From: Octopus sinensis
Taxonomy: Eukaryota
Assembly: GCF_006345805.1 (NCBI RefSeq)
Contig: NC_043008.1
Span: 7,316,001 to 7,380,000 of the forward strand
DNA: 64,000 nt
Direction of reading: 5' to 3'
Below, one piece after another: positions 54,539 through 64,000 of this stretch. The notes under the pieces were generated by a model. The model saw only the letters and a program-made list of their open reading frames with translations. It made no database searches and had not been told where the DNA came from. The translations under genes were made by a program, and so were the position numbers. The stretch's first letter is position 1, and each line of letters begins with the position of its first letter.

Positions 54539-56037
54539 GTATGTGTGTGTGTATGTGTGTATGTGTGTGTGTGTGCGTGTGTGTGTGTGTGTGTGCGTGT
54601 GTGTGTGTATGTATGTATGTATATAGTTAAATATAATGTTTCTTTCTTTCGAAATAATTTGTTTTACGCAATTGCTTGAATGTGAGAGGCTAGACATTAT
54701 ATAACTTGGTTTAAGAAGGCACAATATTTAGACAATCATACTATAGTTATGATTTACATCAACATAATAAATGGATAGAACACAATAAATACACCAAAAC
54801 AATGAAATATCAACATATTATTTAGAATGGAAATAAGAAATAAATGAGGTTAAAATATACATGAAAATGATAAATAAAAAGTGAAACATCTATTAAGAAT
54901 CATATTAAATTTAAGATTTAAAATGTTGAATTCAGAATTAGAAATTATAAGATGCATCGACGGCGGTGAGAGATCGTAATGATGGATTTAAAAGTCAATG
55001 AATTAATTAGGATACATTTGTTTTAAGAGTTTAAAAAAAATGTTTATAAAGGGTTATAGCACCATATAAGATGTATTTCGCGGCCGTTTCTGGCGTCCAT
55101 TTGTATACAAGTTACGAATCCTTTAATTTCAAGCCGACAATGAACCCTTCATCAGGAAATAAAGAAGTAGATAGCAAGGTTCGAAGAAATACAGGAGAAC
55201 GGAAAATTTATGGTTACATTATGTTGGTCGTCGGCTGCTGTATCAGATACCGGGTGAGACAGGTTGAAAGATTGAGTGGGGTTAATGTTGTTTAGTGCGA
55301 GCAAGAGAGTCAGTGTGACGCATGAATAAGTACCTCGGGTTCGTAAACATAGTGTAAGTACAGACATAAATTGACACATACGAAAACAGCATTTTGTTTT
55401 CAAAGTTCATTACGTTATTTCGACTGAAAACGTAGGCTTTTAATGGCTGTACATATCAAAATCCTTTGACATGACCTCATGCTTATGCGTGACAGCTGCG
55501 TCAATTGGCGTTTTGACTTCTTCGAACTTCGAGTAATCCTTTGGTGAATGTTATGATTAAATACTGGCATTCAAACTCTAAGGTTCTTTGCGGTGTTGTG
55601 CTTTGACCCAGTATGGTGTCACTTCTTAACCAACATTTGCCTCGTTCTCTTACCCAGAAATTTGACTTCAAAAATCCCCCACGTTTGATAACAGAACTCA
55701 TTCTCATATACGCTTCTAGAATCTCTGCTATTTCTGCTATTGACTACGTCGTCTTACAGTAAAACGCAAGACATATTCGCTCAATGCAATCTTACAATCA
55801 ACTAATGTCGTATTAATCCGGTGAGGATGATGTAAGAAACAGCCAACTAATACGCCTTCTTATTCAGCAGATACAAGCGGTCGGAAAGCACAGAGAGAGT
55901 TGCTACAGAAATGTGGAGTACGGTTTCGTGTTTGTAAATTTAGTTTTGTATTTGCTCTATACTACAACAACCGGATCTACTTCTTTCCCCAATTTGAACA
56001 CACATACACACACACAGACACACACACACACACACAG

Positions 56038-56068
<31 letters not shown>

Positions 56069-57899
56069 CACACACACACGCATAGATGAAGCAATAGCGT
56101 GATTAGACGAGGAGTCATGGATGAATAAAACAGATGAAGGTAGTTATCAACATGGAACGAAAGAGGAGTGTTTTAACAATTTTTCAAACAACAAAAGCCT
56201 TTCATAGTAGCAACGATAAGGAAAATGATAACCAAAAAATATTACTAGCTCAGGATAGGGAACCTATATTCTGCAATAAATGCTAATCAATATTTTTGTT
56301 AATTTAGAAGCGTTACACAACTGAGCTAGCATAAAATATAATAGGAAGCGGAAACGGAAGACATAGTGAGTGATGGATATTAATTAACCTACATTTAACG
56401 ATCTTTTACATTTGATTAATTGTTTAAACCATTTCGACACATATAGGTGAAATCTTCGAAGAGGAATTTTGGGAAAGTTTGGAAATCAATGCATGAAATT
56501 ATGTAGAATAATAGTTAAACGGCGAAATGTAAATATATTCCCGTTATTTTTGAACATATTATTGGATAAAATTTAATATCAAAAACATATAACTAAGTAT
56601 TGACAACATCGATATATTAATTAAATGAGATTATTTGATGCAATATTTCTTTTTATGTGAAACACACACATATATATACTTACATTAAACACTATGGCAT
56701 GTAATATATTACTAATAGATTAAATATGCTTAACTATGGCTAAATTTGTTTTAAAATTGGTTTTTATTTCATTACATCTCGTGAACGCTTAAATATTTAC
56801 ATGGATGTGCAAATAAAAATATGAAAAATACAAATCGAAAAATCTACAGTTATGCTCGACATGGAAAATCACTTCAGGTAACACAATAAATTACCTACTA
56901 TTTATGGAATATTTCATTTCTATGTCTATTTACAGGAACTTTTCAGCCCCCAAATCTAAAGTTTAATTTACTAACAGAATCTGACACAGCAGGCTCGATT
57001 TACTAAATTCAATTTACCCACACGCGTACACACATGCACACACATATTCATATACCTATATAATACTTATACAGATGTAACGCTTAGATATATGTATTTT
57101 TATTTAATATATATGTGTACATATATGCGCATATGTATTATGTAATTAAATGTGACACGTGCTAGACAAGTAGAATTGCATTCCTGGGGAAATTCATCAG
57201 AGATTTGAGTATCCGCAAGGGTTACTCTTTTAAGCCTTTGTCACTGCACATTTGGTATTGCATAAGACATTTGGTCAGAGGTTGGTAAAGGAATTGATAA
57301 CGTAGTCATCTATTTTCTACATAATTTCAAGTTTTTTTAACTAATTTTATATCACATATTTATCTAACTTCTATCCTGCATTCTACTTTGCCCACTTACT
57401 TATGTTCCATATTTACCAATCTTCTTTCCAGAATGGATTTCTGTGGAAAAAAAGTCATTTATATTGGTCATTGTTTGCTATACCAGCTTCAAAACATTGC
57501 ATTCCATTTTCCGTTCAGCCCTGCGACTGGAGAACAACTGATATAGAAATAGCGAGCATTTTGAAGCATTGATGGTCAGTATTAGTATTCAAGTTCTAAC
57601 TCGAATACTTATCCATTTAAGCAGATATTTTGAAAGAAAACTTCCAGTTTCTCTTATTTACGAATGTTGGCACTCTTTACTTTGCACAAAAGTCTGGCTC
57701 ATGAAACTATAACCACTTTAAAATTAAATTATATACGTTAAAATGGAATTCCAATTGTAAGCCTGAAATATGTTGTAATATTTTCTCGATATTGTTTGGC
57801 AGAAAGTAAAAATATCCTTTTTTTGTTTCAGAAGATATCAGTTCTTTCAATAATCAGAAATTATTATTAATATTATTTCCATTTACAATTTATTTGGAG

Positions 57900-58111
57900 C
57901 AAACCTTCAATATTGCTGTCAAATTTTGGCCTAAAGCCAGCAGTTCAAAGAGAGGGGCAAATCGATTACATCGATAGTTATTTTATCGATCCTGAAAAGA
58001 GGGAAGTCACAGTCGACCTTGGCGGAATTTGAACTCTGAACATAAGAACGGACGAGGTGGTGTGAAGCAATTTGCCCAGCGTGCAAATGATTGTACCAAC
58101 TCACCACCTTA
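57900..58111 (-). mobile_element. Diverged family A SINE
   Basis: ttattttatcgatcctgaaaag...gtcgaccttggcggaatttgaactctgaac. Confidence 0.8.
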
Positions 58112-59498
58112 CACACATTGAATACTAACAATTAAAATGCATCAAATATTAATCGGAAAGAGAGTTAACGGGTTAAACTTGGAATATAGTCAAAGGACAC
58201 AATTTTTCACGAAACCTTCATCATCCTCCATTTTGTCATGCTCACGACATAATCTGAACGTGAATATGCATACAAGTTACAATGTAAACACGATAGATTT
58301 AAAAACATCTTGTTTTAGTTTTTAAAAATTGAGGGATTTCAATTTTTCATTTCGTTTAATTTGCTTTCCCCGAACAATTATTCACAATCAATTTTTGCTG
58401 AGAAATAAGAAAACACAACAAAATAATTTGATGCTTATAAGCAATTCCTGTTTAAGTAAGGAGGTTTCATGTTAAAAGCTCTCAATGTTTTATGAAACAC
58501 TCGAAACGAAATGCAACTCGGTTTTTATGTTCCGAAATTAAATATTTACAAGGCACACGTAGAAAATTCTAAAAGATTGTAGAAAAAAATCCCCAAATTT
58601 CTTGTAAGGTTTATTTAAACCAGTAATAACATTTAATGTGAGTTATGATTGAAATTTATAAGCATATTTTGTTTACATTCACAAAATCATTTTTAACGTT
58701 GATAAAATGACAGTAATACATCGTTAAAAAACCCAGTGCAGTTTTAATATTTTCAATCTTGAACGCATTTTCCTTTCTGATAAATGTAACCAAAGAATAT
58801 ACTTCAGTTTCACCACCGACATCATACGAAAGATTATAGCTGTAAATTCACAGAAAATTACATGACATCACAGAAAATTACATGGCTTTCTAATTAGAGG
58901 AAAATATCTATAAACTGTAATTAAAAATATTCTAGAAAGGGTTTTTTGTATTTTCATATTTGCAGTTGTGGATCTCCGAGATTCAAAAACAGAGAGAAAC
59001 CTCAACAAAATGATTTTAAAATGAAAAGTTATAAGGTATAACTTCCTCGTATGAATGATTGCGTCTTAAAGTGTGAAACAATGGCACTTGTTTAGTTTCG
59101 GAAAAGGCCGGTGTGTGCCTGAGTTAGCAGTCTTTCTAAAAGTCCTCCTCCTTTCACCCACCCTATTTTTTCGTCTTCTGATTGTTAACTGATTTTTGTT
59201 CAGCTTCGAACCTTGGTACTGTTCATTACCAGTGAGCTGGAGTAACACAACTCATTTATCAAACACCCTCCCAAATACTCAATCGATTCCAAACAGTTCT
59301 GTTTACGACAACTATTCAACCTCTATCGCATCCTCTCTTTGGTCAATATATTTCCCAAGCTCTCTACTTCCTGCAGTTAAACGCTCCAACAGTTATTAGT
59401 ATTATTGACAACATCTTGTTTTCTACAACTACAACTGCTTAACATTCCAAGTTTATCTGTCTCATTCAGCATCATTATTATTATTGCTGTTATTATTT

Positions 59499-59795
59499 CA
59501 CTTTATCATAGGTTTTTTATTGGAGCTCCTGGAGTTTTACCTGCGTAACGTGCTTGCTACCTGCAGCCTACGGCACCATGCTATCCTTTATTTTCAGCTT
59601 TCTAATAGTTCCCTGATTACACTGGCCGTGCCAAGGCGGCAAACCTTTTGTAACAATTCCACTGCACAGTCTATTCCAACTTCCTTTGTATTCCTCTTGA
59701 TGCCTTATGATACTGTTCCCAAGGACCCAACAATAATTGGTACTTTCTTCATCTCCACTTTCAATAGCTGGGCTATTTCGTGCTTCAAAGGGTTT
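59499..59795 (-). mobile_element. 5'-truncated 3' end of a second R4/Dong-like LINE subfamily with an (AAT)-like tail
   Basis: Minus strand 59794-59594 reads NPLKHEIAQLLKVEMKKVPIIVGSLGTVS*GIKRNTKEVGIDCAVELLQKVCRLGTASVIRELLES*. A ~95-nt UTR follows, ending in degenerate AAT repeats at 59471-59498. Confidence 0.75.
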
Positions 59796-59808
59796 TATTT
59801 ATTTATCC

Positions 59809-60203
59809 TAACGCGGCGAGCTGGCAGAAATGGTAGCACGCCGGGCGAAATGCTTAGCAATATTTCGTCTGCCGTTACGTTCTGAGTTCAAATTCCGCCG
59901 AGGCCGACTATGCCTGTCATCCTTTCGGGGTCGATAAATTAAGTACCAGTTACGCATTGGTGTAGATGTAATCGACTTAGTCCGTTTTTCTGTCCCTGTT
60001 TGTCCTCTCTGTGTTTAGCCCCTTAGTGGGTAGTAAAGAAAAAAGTATTTCGTCTGCCATTACGTTCTGAGTTCAAATTCCCCCGAGGTCGACTTTGCCT
60101 TTCATCCTTTCGGGATCGATAAATTAAGGAACAATTAAAGACTGGGATCGATGTAATCGAGAAGTCCCAACAAACGTCAGGCCTTGTGCCTTTAGTGGAA
60201 AGG
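59809..60203 (+). mobile_element. Family A SINE dimer (tail X unit followed by tail Y unit)
   Basis: Junction aaagaaaaaagtatttcgtctgcc at ~60035-60058. The second unit ends ggccttgtgcctttagtggaaagg. Confidence 0.9.
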
Positions 60204-60484
60204 TTTATCATTATCATTATTAAAGTCTTCACACAATATCTAATATCGTGATGTTGTAGATTGAAGATAATGTGACTACTGAGGGGTTGTGCTGTCTGTC
60301 AAGTCCCAACAAGAACCTCAAACAGACACTACTTTACACAATATACGGGCAGTTCCAATTAAAGCCAATTTTTTGCAACACACCAAGATTGTAGTCTATG
60401 TCTAATGATTCCAGATGCTTCTTCCGATAAGGTACTATTGAATCTAACGCTCTAGTATTATTATGATAATATATCTGATTCAAG

Positions 60485-60650
60485 AGCTGGAAGAGTCATT
60501 AGTGCGTCGAAATAAGTAGCTAAACGCATTTCTTCAGGCAATGTATACTCTAAAATTAGGCTCCGCTCCTTTCAGGGTCGATAAATTACATTTGTCCTCA
60601 ATTAATGGGCTTGGTGATATCGGCCGACACCCTTCCCTTAAAACTGTTAG
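60485..60650 (+). mobile_element. Very old family A SINE remnant
   Basis: gagctggaagagtcattagtgcgtcg...cctttcagggtcgataaatta. Confidence 0.45.
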
Positions 60651-61208
60651 CCGAAATAGGCGGCCAATATGTATCTGTTTTCCTGGGATCTGAAATTCTT
60701 TTCATACTGCTTAATGGAGTTGATTCTTATTTCAGATGTTCTTATACATCAGAATTATATTTTCTTTGACACACTGAAAACTTTAACCACTCCTAACTCC
60801 TAAAATCACACAAATATTTACAGACATCTGCACAGTTCTCTCATGGTCCCTAATATCTTCTTACTTTCATATTGTTAATCTCCAAGTATTTTTGTCAATT
60901 TCCAAGAAATCGTTTTACGCCATTCTTCAAAAATGATTAAACTTCCACATCCAAAGTTTTATGGGACTGGCTTGCTCTCTTTCCACTCTATATGTCTAAC
61001 TTACCTCCAGTGTTTTCCCTGCTTTATTATCTTCCAAATTTACAGACAGAAAATTTATATATAAATATACACTGGCACATTATAACAGTATTAGTTGAAT
61101 TAACCGTTGAACAGGCAAAGTTTTGTAATTGAGTTCAACATCCTTTTCATTGCTTGCTTGTTATAAGACTATAAACATTCCAATACTTCTGCTGGAAAGC
61201 AACAGTTG

Positions 61209-62445
61209 TCAAAGAATAGTGATTATTTAACTTACGGGTTTAGTCTTTCGTTTCACAGCAGTCGATTAGATTTTGTTTCTTTTGTCCTATGATGAGCAAA
61301 TCATTGAGCAAGGTAAATAGAAATGTTTCACATATGAATTAATATTTATATTGTAAACATACTGAGGAGGTCGATGATGATTTGTCATAATTGATGTCAC
61401 TTAAGAGTTAACTAAAAAAAGTGGGAAACACAAATTGATTTCACTATTACAGAAGAAAATTCTTACACAAAATCACGCTATGTGTACGGCATGCAACAAT
61501 GCCTTATTCAATGTAAAAACTGCCAAGTTCCATACTAAAAACGAAACCTTTCTTTACCTTTCATTGACGTTCTCTCAGATGTAATGCATGAACCAAGTGA
61601 GATTATTATCAGGATAATTCCGTTCAGTAATCATACAATTACGCGTCATATAGCTGAAACGGTCATCGACATCAAACATAATTTCATTGATATCTTTAAG
61701 AGCTCAGAATTTTCTAAACAAGTAAATGAGTCAACAGCTGAGGTCAATCAATGCTTAGTGATAGTTTTTATTCTGTTAGTTTCAATAAAATTCTTCAACC
61801 ATATTACCAAAGGTTGTTTATTGATCAGACTGATGCTTGACTCAAAAGATAATATTTTAGAAATATTGAAGCTATTTTAACGAGCATAACATCTCATTAA
61901 CCTTTATTGTTGCTTGCACATCTGAAGGAGGGCATGATGTGGTTGGTAGATACAGCTGTTTATCATTTCTCTTTATTCTGGAAATTTTGCACCCTTTTAT
62001 AATTCCCTTCGTGTCCCTTCAACATTATGTAGTATCAAAATGTATTAGCAAATGCTTTAACGATGCATTACAGTAGGATATCCAGACGGTTAACAAATCA
62101 AAAATAGAATTCTTTGTCTGCTACTATTTTCTGTGAACTGTGCCCTGCTAATTAGGATATCTGTACATTCTCTACCGCTAAAGTGCAGTGTTTGTGAAAA
62201 GGAAAATGTCGCTTTGTTTCATAACATACTCGAATATTTTTCAAAGCATTCTAATATCTGATTCGCCCATTAAAGCAAATCCTGTTATCGTGTCTTTATT
62301 TCTGAATGATATAAACACAATTTCAATGATCTTAATAAGTTAATGCATGAATGCGCAAAACCCTCAAAAACTGCTAAGTGTCCATCAATGTTTTATATGT
62401 TTAAATTGACATTATATGAGATAAGCATTTTCAGATCTCAACCCG
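61209..62445 (+). pseudogene. Decayed hAT transposase (Buster/Charlie, SCAND3/ZBED5-like)
   Basis: Colinear motifs across frameshifts and stops: DYLTYGF, KTAKFHTKNE (KSGKPHTIGE), IPFSNHTITRHI (IPLSNNTV.RRI), FSKQVNEST (FSLQLDEST), HNISLTFIVACTSEG...VGRY (TDGA..M.G), IFCELC, KVQCL*KG (EVRWLS.G), FNDLN. Confidence 0.8.
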
Positions 62446-62992
62446 ATTAAAATCACATGCTGGACAACGTGCAAAATGTATAATTTGTGGGGTTGTGTGT
62501 TTAAAATATATCGTGAAAGAAAAGAAGAAAAATATGTCAAACAATTTCTCGGAGGCAGCCGCCGTGGCAGCAGTGTTTCCCTGACATAGAATATAATTCT
62601 AAGCTATCTAGAAGAGCTAATTTGGACATAAAAACTATACAGATTATTTTAATAGACTGAATAAGCTGTCAACAAATATATTTTGAATTCCCTTCATATA
62701 CACGCATAAACGCACACTCACTATACGCACATAAATAAAATTTTATTATAGAACAATACATTTTACTTTCTTCATGGTTTACACTAAAATACTCGTTGGA
62801 CACCATTAGTCGTATTTAATGCATACTTACTGAGATTAATTTCAGAGCAAAGTTAATTTATAATTCCCAACTAAAATAGTTATTGAGACGAATATAGCAC
62901 ATGAAAACGATTATGAATCTGTTACAGAGATAGAACGCATAAAGTCTATCACACATTTGCGATGCAATTATTCTGAGAATATATCTTGAAAA

Positions 62993-63149
62993 AGGCTGTG
63001 TGGTAAAAATTTTCTTTCGAACCACATGATTTCGGTTTCAGTTCGACTGTGTAGCACCTGGAGCAAGTGCTTTCCATTATAACCTCGGGCCTACTAAAGC
63101 CTTGTGAGTCGGTTACGTAGGCGGAAACTTAAAGAACACTGTTGTATAT

Positions 63150-63195
<46 letters not shown>

Positions 63196-63395
63196 CTGTG
63201 TGTGTGTCTCATTTGTCTGTGTCTCTCCCCCCGTCATCCTTTGACAACATATGTTGGTGCGTAGCTTAGCGGTTCGGTAAAAGGATCCGATAGAATAAGT
63301 ACTAGTCTTGGGGTTGATTTATTCGACTATAAACAGTTGAAAGCTGTGCACCAGCATGGCCACAGTCAAATGACTGAAACAGGTAAAAAAAAAAA
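62993..63395 (+). mobile_element. Diverged family B SINE
   Basis: ggctgtgtggtaa...aacctcgggcctactaaagccttgtgag...ccagcatggccacagtcaaatgactgaaacaggtaaaa. Confidence 0.85.
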
Positions 63396-63848
63396 GAATA
63401 TTTGCTATAACACTTACAGTAATTACTATATTCCGGTATTCCAGTTTCTGAGTGTTATTAAACGAACACGAATTCCAATATCGCAAACTTACAGGATATT
63501 ATTAAGTTACATATTGTAGTTGGTGGTAGTGTTAAGATCTTCCTAGGCAGCAGAAAATGTTTGCAACTAAACAAATGGAGAACAGAGAATTAATTTGCCA
63601 TCATTTGCAAAATTAACTGAATCTAGCTCGCAGAATTTATTTCATTATAACTTCTATTGAATTACGTTCACCCTTTTCTGATTTCATGTAACTCTCCAAT
63701 ATCAGGCTGACTGACCAGAAATATATTTACCATTTTGACGTTGCTATCATTAAGGCAAGCACATCATTCTCACGCAAACTTTCTTATGCCACTCGACGTT
63801 TCTTTCTCTCTCGCTCTTTCTCTTTCTATATGTATGTATATATATAAC

Positions 63849-63893
<45 letters not shown>

Positions 63894-64000
63894 TAAATTA
63901 GAGATAAAATCACTATTAGGCAAATCAAACAGTGAAAAACATAAGCCCTTACATAAAATTAATTTAAAAATATAAAAGTTAAATAAAAAATTATTTAAAT

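Noticed and set aside
55127-55156. Minus-strand CTGATGAAGGG...GAAA as another hammerhead
   Set aside because: Helix II does not pair convincingly and there is no helix III or helix I after GAAA.
56850-56970. Possible mini exon-intron-exon (YARHGKSLQ/ELFSPQI*)
   Set aside because: Too short, ends in a stop and has no homology; indistinguishable from chance splice signals.
61005-62585. cagtgttt(t)ccctg at ~61008 and ~62570 as hAT terminal inverted repeats
   Set aside because: Both are in the same orientation, so they cannot be a TIR pair, and no 8-bp TSD was seen.

Overview
AT-rich, microsatellite-dense eukaryotic DNA, intergenic or intronic. The SINE families present match my unverified recollection of octopod (Octopus) repeats. 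No host protein-coding exon, rRNA, true tRNA gene or CRISPR array is supported; the low-complexity ORFs in the track are microsatellite translations. The window holds about 25 copies of one tRNA-derived SINE (family A, several as fixed-junction multimers bounded by target-site duplications), about 6 copies of a second (family B), and CORE-like SINEs. It also holds R4/Dong-type LINE remnants at (TAA)n tracts, a decayed CR1/L2-like RT, a decayed gag-like ORF1, two mariner MITEs and a ~1.2 kb hAT (Buster/Charlie-like) transposase pseudogene. The most notable result is two unrelated long inverted repeats (2720-2976 and 39846-40178). In each, both arms carry an outward-pointing minimal type I hammerhead ribozyme motif, consistent with inverted pseudo-LTR remnants of Penelope-like elements. 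All coordinates were read by eye; fragment ends are approximate.
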